Positions 38,396 to 47,823 of a DNA stretch of 64,000 nucleotides are shown in pieces. Numbering within the stretch: the stretch's first letter is position 1; every line of letters starts with the position of its first letter. Below the pieces are notes generated by a model that saw only the letters and a list, made by a program, of their open reading frames with translations, searched no databases and was not told the origin of the DNA. This DNA comes from Candidatus Krumholzibacteriota bacterium (GTDB lineage: Bacteria; Krumholzibacteriota; Krumholzibacteriia; JAJRXK01), in assembly GCA_963764625.1 (NCBI GenBank), contig CAVXTH010000009.1, forward strand, positions 544,001 through 608,000, in the 5' to 3' direction. The position numbers and the translations under genes were made by a program.

Positions 38396-40053
38396 GTTTG
38401 CGCTGGCGCTGGACGCTGACGCTCGTGCTGACGGCGGTGCTGATTCTGGGCGGTGTTCTGGTCACCCTGGATCATTCCCTTCGCGAGTTGAAGAGCGAAC
38501 GCGCGCAACAGTGGCGTGGAAGGCAGGCGGAGGAGATTCGTCTCCATCTCGATCGCGTCGCCTCGTTGGCCGTCGCCTCGGTGGAAGACCTCGCCGCCTC
38601 GTCAGCGCTGCGACGCTTTCTCGACGAAGCAGAAGAGCAGGGAGGGAGTGAGAGTCGCGAGCTGCGAATGTGGGCGAACGAAGTCGCGCCCCGATTCGAG
38701 CTGGACCATGTGCTGGTTCTCTCCCCCGACGGCCGGGTTCTCAGTCAGGTGCCCGCGCCCGAAGCGCAGGGGGTGGCACATCCGCAGACCTCGCTCCTGC
38801 GAGACGCGACGCGCTCGCGGATTTTGGTATGGAAAGCCTGGGCCCCCCAAGACAGCACGGGCGCTCTTTGGTGGGTTGGAGCAGTGCGAGAACTCGAGTA
38901 TCGCAATGCGCGCTATCTGATCGCCGGAGGGAGCGCTCTCTCCCCCCAGCTTCTTTCGGATATCGCGCAACGGTGCGGCGTTCGTCGTCTCGCTCTCGGG
39001 CTCGCGCTGGACTCATTCATCAAGGCTCCACTGCCGGAGAAGTGGAGAGTCGAAGGACAACTCCCGCTGGTTTTCGATCCCGGGGACCCTCCCTCTTTGC
39101 CCGTGTTGCAATCGATGCGGCGTCGCCTCTTGCGTTTGAGTCTCTTGAGTTTCCTGTTCGTGCTCGTGCTCACGCCGCTGCTCGCTCGAGGTTTGGTGCG
39201 TCCTCTCGACGAGCTGCGTCGCGCGGTACGCCGCATGGAGTCTGGCGAACGAAAAATCGAATTCGCGACGCGAGGACCGGCCGAAGTGCAAGAACTGGCC
39301 GGCGCTCTCCGGGCGCTCTCTCAGAGCTTGGATCTCAGCGAAACGCGAATGCGTTCCGCCGAACGCCGGGCCGCGTGGCGCGAGATGGCCCGTCGCGTGG
39401 CGCACGAAATCAAGAACGCGCTCAGTCCATTGACTCTCGCCATGGACAACGTGGAGACCGCCGCGCAACGGAGTGACCCCGCCGCGCGCCAGGCGCTCGC
39501 TTTCAGTCTAAAGACTGCGAGAGAACAACTCGACAGTCTCGACCGCCTGGTGAGTGAGTTTCGCGATTTTGCGCGCACGCCGCGTCTCAAGTTCGAAGCG
39601 ACTCCCGCACTTTCTTTGGCCGAGCTCGCTCTCGCCGGCGTGCGTGAGCAGTTTCCTCGCGTCGAGTTCCGCATCGTGGAGAGTGCTTCGGTGGGAGTCG
39701 TCGGTCTCGATCCGGAACAGATGCGGCGCGTTCTGCAAAACCTTCTGGCCAATGCGGCGCAGGCCGCGCCGGGAGCTCCAGTCGAACTGGCTTTGGGGAC
39801 GGGGCCCGGAAGCGAGCGGTGGTGGTTCTCGGTGCGGGATCGAGGTCCCGGTCTCCCCGAGGAGATCGCTTCTCACTGGGGAGAGCCGTATCATACGACG
39901 AAAGAGGGCGGAACCGGCTTGGGATTGAACATCGCGCGCCAGGTGGTGGAGGGTCACCGAGGAGTTCTCTCGGCGAGAGAGCGCCGCGGCGGCGGATTGG
40001 AGATCCATGCCGATCTCCCCCGCGTCGCTACGCCCACGGAGGAGGAATCGTGA
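38392..40053 (+). CDS. HAMP-domain sensor histidine kinase (NtrY-like)
   Basis: Two TMs, HAMP, AWREMARRVAHEIKNALSP, NLLANA, DRGPG, GTGLGL. Confidence 0.92.
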   Translation: MSLRWRWTLTLVLTAVLILGGVLVTLDHSLRELKSERAQQWRGRQAEEIRLHLDRVASLAVASVEDLAASSALRRFLDEAEEQGGSESRELRMWANEVAPRFELDHVLVLSPDGRVLSQVPAPEAQGVAHPQTSLLRDATRSRILVWKAWAPQDSTGALWWVGAVRELEYRNARYLIAGGSALSPQLLSDIAQRCGVRRLALGLALDSFIKAPLPEKWRVEGQLPLVFDPGDPPSLPVLQSMRRRLLRLSLLSFLFVLVLTPLLARGLVRPLDELRRAVRRMESGERKIEFATRGPAEVQELAGALRALSQSLDLSETRMRSAERRAAWREMARRVAHEIKNALSPLTLAMDNVETAAQRSDPAARQALAFSLKTAREQLDSLDRLVSEFRDFARTPRLKFEATPALSLAELALAGVREQFPRVEFRIVESASVGVVGLDPEQMRRVLQNLLANAAQAAPGAPVELALGTGPGSERWWFSVRDRGPGLPEEIASHWGEPYHTTKEGGTGLGLNIARQVVEGHRGVLSARERRGGGLEIHADLPRVATPTEEES

Positions 40054-41393
40054 GCCAGCGAGTCTTGGTGGTGGACGACGAGCGGAACATCCGGATCATG
40101 CTCGAGCAGATGCTGGTTCTCGCCGGCTACGAAGTCGAATGCGTGGAGAGCGGGGAGGCGGCGGTCGAGCGCTGTCACAACGGCGAGGTGGATGCGGTGC
40201 TCCTGGACGTTCGACTCTCGGGCATGGATGGTCTCCTTACTCTCGAAAAGCTCAAGGAGGGTGCGCCCGCTCTGAGCGTGGTGATGATGAGCGGTCACGC
40301 CACGATCGAGACCGCGGTGAAAGCGGTGCGCGCGGGAGCGAGTGACTTTCTCGAGAAGCCACTCACCCGGGACAAAACCCTGCTCACTCTCGACAACGCC
40401 ATGCGCAAGTCCGAGTTGCAACGCGAAAACGCCCGCCTTCGCGCGCAGGCGTTCAGCGAGACCATTCTGGGCGACGCGCCGGTGATCGTGAGTTTGAGGG
40501 AACGCATCGCCCAGGTCGCTCCCACCCAGGCCAGAGTTCTCATCCAGGGAGAGAGCGGAACCGGCAAGGAGCTCATCGCGAAGGCTCTTCACCAGGGAAG
40601 TCCGCGTCGCGAGCGCCCCTTTCTCGCCCTGAACTGCGCGGCGATCCCCACCGAGCTGATCGAAAGCGAACTCTTCGGCCACGTGCGCGGCGCCTTCACC
40701 GGCGCGACCGTGATGCGCGCCGGCGCCTTCGAATCCGCCGACGGCGGGACGCTCTTCCTGGACGAGATCGGCGACATGCCCCTGGGGATGCAGGCCAAAC
40801 TCCTGCGCGTGCTCGAGAGCGGAGAAGTCTCGCGGGTGGGAAGCTCCCGGACCAAGACCCTCGACGTGCGCGTGCTTGCGGCAACCCATCGCGAACTCTC
40901 GCTCGAGGTTCAAGAGGGCGGCTTTCGCCAGGATCTCTACCACCGGATCAAAGTCGTCCCCTTGTTCGCGCCGCCCTTGAGAGATCACATGGAAGATCTG
41001 CCTCTGCTCGCCGAGCACTTCCTCGCCTTGGAAGTCGCGCGCCAGAAACTTCCCCCGCGCCGCCTCTCGGCCGCGGCCCTGCGCGCGCTGGGCCGCTACG
41101 ACTGGCCGGGCAACATCCGGGAACTGCGCAACATGGTCGAGCGCCTCGCCATTCTCTCCACCCAGGAGAGTATCCAACAGAGCGCGGTCTCCGCCGCGCT
41201 GGGGGGCGATGTTCCCCTTCAGGCCGGCCAGAGCCTGCGCGCGATCGTCGAGGAAGCCGAGCGCAAGGCCATCACCCAGGCCCTGCGCGGCGCCCGGGGC
41301 AACGTGAGCGAAGCCGCCCGCCGTCTGGGCCTGGAGCGTAGTCACCTCTACAAGAAGGCCAAGGCCCTGGGTCTGTCGCTGGGGAATGCCTGA
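40050..41393 (+). CDS. Sigma-54-dependent response regulator (NtrX/NtrC-like)
   Basis: REC (VVDDE, LLDV, MSGH, KP), GESGTGKE, ESELFGH, GAFTGA, LFLDEIGD, WPGNIREL, Fis-type HTH. Confidence 0.96.
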   Translation: MSQRVLVVDDERNIRIMLEQMLVLAGYEVECVESGEAAVERCHNGEVDAVLLDVRLSGMDGLLTLEKLKEGAPALSVVMMSGHATIETAVKAVRAGASDFLEKPLTRDKTLLTLDNAMRKSELQRENARLRAQAFSETILGDAPVIVSLRERIAQVAPTQARVLIQGESGTGKELIAKALHQGSPRRERPFLALNCAAIPTELIESELFGHVRGAFTGATVMRAGAFESADGGTLFLDEIGDMPLGMQAKLLRVLESGEVSRVGSSRTKTLDVRVLAATHRELSLEVQEGGFRQDLYHRIKVVPLFAPPLRDHMEDLPLLAEHFLALEVARQKLPPRRLSAAALRALGRYDWPGNIRELRNMVERLAILSTQESIQQSAVSAALGGDVPLQAGQSLRAIVEEAERKAITQALRGARGNVSEAARRLGLERSHLYKKAKALGLSLGNA

Positions 41394-41408
41394 GCCGGGT
41401 CGCGCGAT

Positions 41409-41495
41409 TGTGTCAAAATTGACACATAGACCAAACGGGTGTCAGAGCACCACTTGGCCGCTTTTCCCCGAGCCCCCGTGTCTGATCGGACACGG
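41409..41495. promoter_or_regulatory. Two GTGTC-N6-GACAC palindromes (probable activator binding sites)
   Basis: TGTGTCAA-AA-TTGACACA (41409-41426) and CCGTGTC-TGATCG-GACACGG (41476-41495). The second is followed by TTTTT and could also terminate transcription. Confidence 0.6.
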
Positions 41496-41637
41496 TTTTT
41501 GCTGGGCTCCGTTCCGGAGCAATCTTTCTAATATATTGTAATATAATAAGTTAACGAAGTGCGTTGGCCCGGTCCACAAGCTGCGAGGAGGGGGGACAGA
41601 ACCCCGTCCCCCTTGCCTTCAGCGAAAGGACACCGCG

Positions 41638-42627
41638 ATGAAATGGACTCTTTTTCCCCTGCTCGGCTCCGCTCTGATCGTCTACGCCCTGATTTTTCTG
41701 GTGCAGTCCGGTCCCAAGGAGCCCTCTGTGGCCACTGAACCCTCACTCTCCTCCACGGCCGGCACCACTGAGGCGGCCGCGGCCAGCGTGCCGCGCGCCC
41801 CCGTGCCTAGCCCGGCGCCGCCGTCTCTTAGCGTGACGCAGGCGCAGGACAAAAGCGCGTCCGAGCTCGTGCGAAGCGACGAGGCCTCGCAAGTCGACGA
41901 CCCTGAGGCCTGGGCGAAGGGCTGCGGGCTTTACGAACAGAAGGATTTCGCCGCGGCACGCGCCGCCCTCGAGCAGGCCGTGCGCGACGAGGAAAGCCGG
42001 GCCGGCCGGCACTACCTCCTGGGCCTGTGCTACCTGAAGCTCGACGAAAGCGATCTGGCTCTGAGCGAATTGGAGCGCGCCGTCGAGTTGAAGCCGGATT
42101 CCGCCCGATACCAGGTCAACCTCGCGCGGGCCTACCTCGCGGTCGACGACTCCGAGACCGCGCGCGAAGTGGTGGATTCCGCTCTGGAGACCCAGCTCGA
42201 CTTCGCCGACGCCTGGGAGGTTCTGGGGCGCGTCGAGCTCGCGCAGGGAAACCGCGACCAGGCGGCGGCGGCGTTCACCAAGGCAGTCCAGCTCGATCCC
42301 CAGCACGCCTGGGCCTGGAACAACCAGGCGTATCTGCGAATCCTCCAGGCCCGCTTCGACGAGGCGGTTGAGCCGCTCCAGAACGCGATCCGTCTCCGGC
42401 CCGAAGTGGCCAGCTTCCAGAACAACATGGGAGTGGTGGAGGAACGCCTGGGCCGGTTTCCCGAAGCGCTCGCCTGCTATGCAAAAGCGTCGGACCTGGG
42501 TCACCCGGATGCCGGCGACAGCGCCGAGCGGGTGAGGGAAATCGTGGCCGCGACGACCCACGAGACCGAGGAAGGCGAGACGCAACTGGCCACGACCCGC
42601 GCCGACTCGCTTGGCCGCGGCTGGTGA
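41638..42627 (+). CDS. Membrane-anchored tetratricopeptide repeat protein
   Basis: N-terminal TM, Pro/Ala/Ser linker, about 6 TPRs (HYLLGLCY, YQVNLARAY, AWEVLGRV, AWNNQAY, FQNNMGVV). Confidence 0.9.
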   Translation: MKWTLFPLLGSALIVYALIFLVQSGPKEPSVATEPSLSSTAGTTEAAAASVPRAPVPSPAPPSLSVTQAQDKSASELVRSDEASQVDDPEAWAKGCGLYEQKDFAAARAALEQAVRDEESRAGRHYLLGLCYLKLDESDLALSELERAVELKPDSARYQVNLARAYLAVDDSETAREVVDSALETQLDFADAWEVLGRVELAQGNRDQAAAAFTKAVQLDPQHAWAWNNQAYLRILQARFDEAVEPLQNAIRLRPEVASFQNNMGVVEERLGRFPEALACYAKASDLGHPDAGDSAERVREIVAATTHETEEGETQLATTRADSLGRGW

Positions 42628-42854
42628 GCCGGATCCTCCCCTGGGGAGCCGCGCCGGCGGGGTCGGCTTCCCTCGGCGCCGCGGGAAACTCATCCCGCGG
42701 CGCCGTTCGCGCGTTCGGCCCTCCATCGGGGAATAGGTCTTGCAATCGTGAATCCCAGAGCGGGGTTTCGAGCCAAAAGGGCCCCGTATGCGGCGTAATA
42801 GACACCCTTTTCCCCGGTGCCGGCGGCCAAAAAGTGTCCGCTGGGCCAGTGGTC

Positions 42855-43604
42855 ATGCTCCTACTTGAATCCTTCGACGAGGCTCAACGCTCCGCATCCT
42901 TCCTTGCGCTTACCGGGAATACCCTGCGCGTGCGGGAGGATTTCGCCCGACTCGCGGAAGTCGCCCTGGACCTGGGTTTTTCGGGGATGCTGCTCCATTT
43001 CGCCAGTTCGCAGGGCGGAATCACCCAACTCGAAGCCTACCTGGGGCCTGAGCGCAGGGGAAAGTGCCGGGCGTGCCTGGGGAATCTGCCCTTTTCTTTG
43101 GGCCAGGGAAACGTGGCCCCGCAGAGCTCCGCTTCCATGCAGTTGCGGGGGTGCATGCAGGAGGGAAAGCCCTTCTACGAGATGAGTTTGGCCGCGCAGG
43201 GCGCGAGCGGCTCCGTTCTCGACGCCGGTCTGGTCATGATTCTGGCCACCTGGGGTGGCGAGGATCCCATCCTCTTCGAGCTGAGGACCGCGCTCTTCGA
43301 AATCGGCTCCCAGTTTCTGGATCATGCCGACTCTCTGCGGGCCGAGAATTCGTCCGAAGCGGCACGGGTCCTCGATCTCTCCCTACGATTTCGAGATGAG
43401 GGCATCGAGGGCTGGCTGAGTGACGACGGGCCTCCGTTCGATCCTTCGTCCCGCGCCGGCGCACACCTCAACCCCGAGTCGGTCAAGCGCTGCGGACGTT
43501 CTTCCACCGAAGCAGGTTGGTTCTGCCGACTGCTCGACGAATACGAACATCGTTTCGACGGGTCGGGCAATCGAGTGGGCTTTTTCAAGAAGGTGGAACG
43601 ATGA
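42855..43604 (+). CDS. Hypothetical protein with C-terminal degenerate RsbW-like (HATPase_c_2) domain
   Basis: LRTALFEIGSQFLDHA, SDDGPPFDP, RLLDEYEH, GNRVGFFK; ATGA-coupled to the kinase. Start uncertain. Confidence 0.6.
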   Translation: MLLLESFDEAQRSASFLALTGNTLRVREDFARLAEVALDLGFSGMLLHFASSQGGITQLEAYLGPERRGKCRACLGNLPFSLGQGNVAPQSSASMQLRGCMQEGKPFYEMSLAAQGASGSVLDAGLVMILATWGGEDPILFELRTALFEIGSQFLDHADSLRAENSSEAARVLDLSLRFRDEGIEGWLSDDGPPFDPSSRAGAHLNPESVKRCGRSSTEAGWFCRLLDEYEHRFDGSGNRVGFFKKVER

Positions 43605-45002
43605 CCGATCTACACGCCAGAGACGAATTGTCGGTACGTCTCCAACTTCAGAGCCGTTCGTTCGAAGCTCTGTTCGAGCTCATCAAGTCGCTGGGTAACA
43701 CCCTGGAACTCGAACAGGTCGCGAGGCTCTCTCTTCTGACCGTCGTCGGCCAGTTCCGCGTTCAACAGGTCGCTCTCTATCTGCCCTCCGGAGGTCGCAC
43801 CCGCTTCCGCATCTGCCAGGCGGTGGGAGTGGATGTGGCTTCTCTGCCGGAGTCGATCCCCAACACCGAATCGATGGAATCGGTTCTCTCTTCGAATCCC
43901 TGCACCGTCGACATCGACTCGTGGTGGGGCATGCCCCCGGAAATTCTGCAGAAATTCCAGTACGCCGCTTATTTGCGCGACTCAAAGCGTCCGGTGGCTC
44001 TCTTGCTTTTGGGCGGTAGAATTCCGGGACGGCGTCTCGATGACGCGGAGGAGAGCGTCTTGGCCGCGATGGGCCTGGTCATCGGAACGATGGTGCAGCG
44101 CGCTCTGACCTACGAACACATGCTGCGCGCAAAACTGAAAATGGAGGAGGCCGAGCGCCTACGCAGAGTGATCCTCGATCACGTGAGTCACGAATTCAAT
44201 ACCCCGCTCATGGTGGCCAAGAGCGCGGTGGAACTCGCGCGCGATGCCGATCCCGAAAAGCAAGTCGAGCTCTTCGACATGCATCAAGAGGCCGTCGAGC
44301 GACTCAACGAACTGGTGCAGTCGCTCCTGCGCGTGGCGGATTCGAGTGAGGATGACGGACTGCATCCTCCCTCGGAACTGCTCTCGATGACCCAGCCCCA
44401 GTTCATTTCCGACGTCCTGAGTCCCTTGCTCTACAAGCAGGACCTCTCTGGATTCCACGTGGCCGAAGGTCATCTCCTCGAGCCCGAAGCCAACGTGCGA
44501 ATGGACCCCGCGAAGGTGAAGGCGGTGCTCCAGGGGCTGCTGCAGAACGCCCAGAGTTATGCTCGCCAGGACTTTCCGTGGGCCGCGGTGCATTGCTATG
44601 CGACCTCGCGCGAGTGGTGGAGTCTCCCGGCCGCAGGTCGATCGCCTCGCCCTCTACTGCGAGATTTTGGACGGCTGTCGCGATCGCCAACTGCTTCCCA
44701 TCTTCCTCCCCGGGGACAGTCCTCCGCCGGGGCCCCATCCGGCCCGCGACATGTGCGTGATCCTGGAGATCATCGATTCGGGCATCGGGATTCCCGAGGA
44801 TGAGCTTGCTTCGATTTTCGAGCCCTTCGCGCAGGCGAGCAACTCGCCCTTGCGGGGAGTCCGAGGCGCGGGGATGGGCCTGGCGAGCTGCCGACGGCTG
44901 GTGAAAGAGATCAACGGAGAATTGTTGGTGAAGAGCCGCGAGGGCGAGGGAAGCATCTTCGCTCTCCTGTTGCCGGCGCAGTGGGGTCGTCCCTGGTCCT
45001 AG
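43601..45002 (+). CDS. Cytoplasmic GAF-like/HisKA/HATPase histidine kinase; +1 frameshift near 44626
   Basis: VSHEFNTPL and LLQNA in ORF 43517..44803; IIDSGIGI, FEPF, GAGMGL, GEGSIF in ORF 44559..45002. Confidence 0.85.
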
Positions 45003-45044
45003 GCGCTTGTCAAAGCCGCAACCAGTGGGCATGATCCCTCGACC

Positions 45045-46295
45045 ATGACCCTTCGCCCTTTCTGGCCCAAGAAGCTGCACAACCAGGTCTTTCTGGCAAT
45101 GCTGGTGGGCGCCGCCCTGGGGGTATTCTTCGGGGACGGCGCGGTCCGCTGGACGGGCTTTCTGGGCACGATCTTCGTGCGACTTCTGCGCATGGTCATC
45201 GTCCCCTTGATCTTCACCAGCATCATCTCGGGAGTCGTCTCGGCCGGCGGAGGCGCCAAGCTCGGGCGCCTGTCGGTCAAAACCCTCGTCTACTACATCT
45301 CGACCAGCCTCATTGCCGTCCTCACCGGCTTGTTCCTGGTAAACCTCATCCGTCCCGGGGTGGGCGCCGAGCTTGGCGAAGCGGCCTCCCGCGCGCTTCC
45401 CACCCTCCAGACTCCCGAGAGCCTGGGCGAGATCTTCTACCGCATGATTCCGACCAACCCGGTGGCGGCCATGGCGAATGGAGACATGCTGGCCCTCATC
45501 TTCTTTTCGATCGTGTGCGGAGCCGGAATCCTGGCTCTGAAGACCCGCGAGCGCGAAGCCCTCGGTCATTTGGTGGATGCATCCTTCGAGCTCATGATGA
45601 CAATCACCGCCGGGATCGTCCGTCTGGCCCCCCTGGGCGTGCTTGGGCTCATCGCGAAGGCGGTGGCGCAATCGGGGGTTGGCGTCCTGAGCTCCCTCGG
45701 CCTCTACATGATCACGATCATGGCGGGGCTCATCATCCACCTCTTTCTCACCCTGCCCCTCTTGCTGAAATTCGTGGGAAGGGTGAGCCCCCAGATCCAC
45801 TACCGAAACATGTCCGAGGCCATGCTCATGGCTTTCTCGACCTCTTCCTCTTCGGCCACTCTTCCCGTTACGCTTCGCTGCGCCGAGGAGAAAGTCGGCG
45901 TCAGTAATCGCATTTCGTCTTTCGTCTTGCCCATGGGCTCCACCATAAACATGGACGGAACCGCCCTCTACGAGTGCGTGGGGGTCATCTTCATCGCCCA
46001 GGTGATGGGGATTCCTCTCGGCCTGCACGCTCAAATCGTGGTGGTGGTCACCGCGCTTTTGGCCAGCATCGGAGCGGCGGGGATTCCCTCCGCCGGTCTG
46101 GTGATGATCTTCATCATCACCGACGCCATTCACCTCCAGGGTCCGCAGGTGGGTCTCATCGTGGGCGCCATGCTGGCTGTCGACCGTCCCCTGGACATGT
46201 TTCGCACCATGGTCAACGTGACCAGCGACTCCTGCGGCGCGGCGATCATCGCCAAGTCGGAGGGGGAGGAAGAGGTGGACGCTGGAATCCGCTGA
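45045..46295 (+). CDS. Dicarboxylate/amino acid:cation symporter (DAACS, GltP-like)
   Basis: AFSTSSSSATLP, INMDGT, IGAAGIP, DRPLDMFRTMVNVTSD. Confidence 0.95.
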   Translation: MTLRPFWPKKLHNQVFLAMLVGAALGVFFGDGAVRWTGFLGTIFVRLLRMVIVPLIFTSIISGVVSAGGGAKLGRLSVKTLVYYISTSLIAVLTGLFLVNLIRPGVGAELGEAASRALPTLQTPESLGEIFYRMIPTNPVAAMANGDMLALIFFSIVCGAGILALKTREREALGHLVDASFELMMTITAGIVRLAPLGVLGLIAKAVAQSGVGVLSSLGLYMITIMAGLIIHLFLTLPLLLKFVGRVSPQIHYRNMSEAMLMAFSTSSSSATLPVTLRCAEEKVGVSNRISSFVLPMGSTINMDGTALYECVGVIFIAQVMGIPLGLHAQIVVVVTALLASIGAAGIPSAGLVMIFIITDAIHLQGPQVGLIVGAMLAVDRPLDMFRTMVNVTSDSCGAAIIAKSEGEEEVDAGIR

Positions 46296-46466
46296 GGTCG
46301 AATTGGCCTTCCAGGGGCCCTCAGAGGGCATCTTGAAAAAAAAGGACCCCAAAGACGAAAAACTCGTGCGGCGGGCTCGCTTAATTCTATAATTTGTGCC
46401 GTTCTCGCACGGGCGTCCCAGACTGGGGGAAGCACTCCGTGGGGAGCGTTTGGGCGCCGACTGGAC

Positions 46467-46859
46467 TTGAAGATCTCGAGGAGTTCCCGAGTGCACAAAG
46501 GAAGGCATTTGCTCGTCGACTGCCGCGGTGTCGCGGAGTCGGTCTGTCTTGACGACAAATCGTTTCTCGAGGCAATGGCCCGCTCGGCGGACCGGGCGGG
46601 GGCGAACGTCATTTCTCAACTTCGCTATCGATTCGGCCAGGATTCTCCCCCGGGATTCGCCGCGATCTGCATGCTCGACGAGAGCCACGTCTCCGCGCAC
46701 AGCTACGCGAATCTGGGACTCATCGCGTTGGACATCTTCACCTGTGGAGATGTCGACCCGAACCGAGTTCTTCAGTATCTGGGACAGGAAGTGGGCCTGG
46801 GTGAAATCGAAGTTCGCGAGGTCGAGCGCTTCACCCTGGCCGTCGAGCAGACCAGCTAG
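46467..46859 (+). CDS. speD: S-adenosylmethionine decarboxylase proenzyme (class 1b, pyruvoyl)
   Basis: GRHLLVD, LDESHVSAHSY (E/S cleavage site), DIFTCG. Start uncertain. Confidence 0.85.
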   Translation: MKISRSSRVHKGRHLLVDCRGVAESVCLDDKSFLEAMARSADRAGANVISQLRYRFGQDSPPGFAAICMLDESHVSAHSYANLGLIALDIFTCGDVDPNRVLQYLGQEVGLGEIEVREVERFTLAVEQTS

Positions 46860-47701
46860 AGCTTCGCTGTGAGCTGCTTCCGTCTGATTTCACCATTGCG
46901 ACTTCCGTGCCTCCTCTGGAGCAAGTACAGAAAGTAACTGCCGTCGAAATCCTTCAGGGGTTCCCCCTCATCACCCGTCACTTCGAGAATCTCCAACGCT
47001 GATTTGCGAATCAGGGCGCGCCACTGCCTCTTGTCGTAGCAGCGCAGCCCATATCGGTCGTTGCGGTGCTGAGTGCCCGAGGGCCGTTGGATCGTGAGGT
47101 GGGACAAAACCTGTTCCACCCGAGACTGAGGTCCGCGGGTGACCGGGGGCAAGTACTGGACGAGCTGTTGCACGCGGCAGCGCCCTCGTCGTCCCTCCCA
47201 GGCGTCCTCGCTCGGCTCTTCCTCGCCGTAAGCACTAAGGCTCATGCCGACCACGTAGACTCCGCCCGGGATGAGGACGCGGGAGATTCCGGCGAAGTGC
47301 CGCAAAAAGGCCTCGTCTGTCTCCAGGTGCCGGATCGTGTTGATGGTGTTGAACGCGAAGGCGACGCTGGAGGGCTTCATTCGCGCAGAGAAGGACTCCA
47401 TCGAGGCAGCGAAAACGCGCGCGCGCCGGTTCAGTCCCAGTCTCGCCAGCCGCCGTCGCGCGTAGGTGACCATCTCCTGGCTCTGGTCGAATCCGACGAT
47501 GCGGCGCCCGCGGGTGGCACAGGCGCGCAGGAAGCGTCCCGATCCACAGGCGGGTTCGAGCCACGAGCCCTCTCTCTGCCTCTTGCTCAGGTGGCCTTCG
47601 AAGAGTTTCTCCAGGACTCGATAGTCCTCGCCCGTGTCAGGAGAGTGCAGGATGTCGTAGACGACGGGATCCTCGTAGAATCCAGACTCACGCTTGGGCA
47701 T
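46856..47701 (-). CDS. Class I SAM-dependent methyltransferase
   Basis: WLEPACGSGR, GFD, INTIRHL, LIPGGVY. Confidence 0.9.
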   Translation of the reverse strand: MPKRESGFYEDPVVYDILHSPDTGEDYRVLEKLFEGHLSKRQREGSWLEPACGSGRFLRACATRGRRIVGFDQSQEMVTYARRRLARLGLNRRARVFAASMESFSARMKPSSVAFAFNTINTIRHLETDEAFLRHFAGISRVLIPGGVYVVGMSLSAYGEEEPSEDAWEGRRGRCRVQQLVQYLPPVTRGPQSRVEQVLSHLTIQRPSGTQHRNDRYGLRCYDKRQWRALIRKSALEILEVTGDEGEPLKDFDGSYFLYLLQRRHGSRNGEIRRKQLTAKL

Positions 47702-47823
47702 GGGGTTGCTTTCTCGTCCCCCGCGGCAAGTTCGTCACGCTCTCATACGACGACGGGGCACGCGGTGCAAGCGTACCCCGTCTGGGGGATTGAGAACACC
47801 CCGCACACTGCAAAGGGGTGAAC

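Noticed and set aside
41526-41554. AT-rich patch as a foreign DNA scar or att site
   Set aside because: Only about 30 bp, with no flanking direct repeats or integrase; its position fits a DNA-bending element in a sigma-54 promoter.
46333-46393. A8 tract and perfect TATAAT upstream of speD as a phase-variable promoter
   Set aside because: No recognisable -35 at the right spacing, and the A-tract lies outside the spacer; likely an ordinary promoter or UP element.
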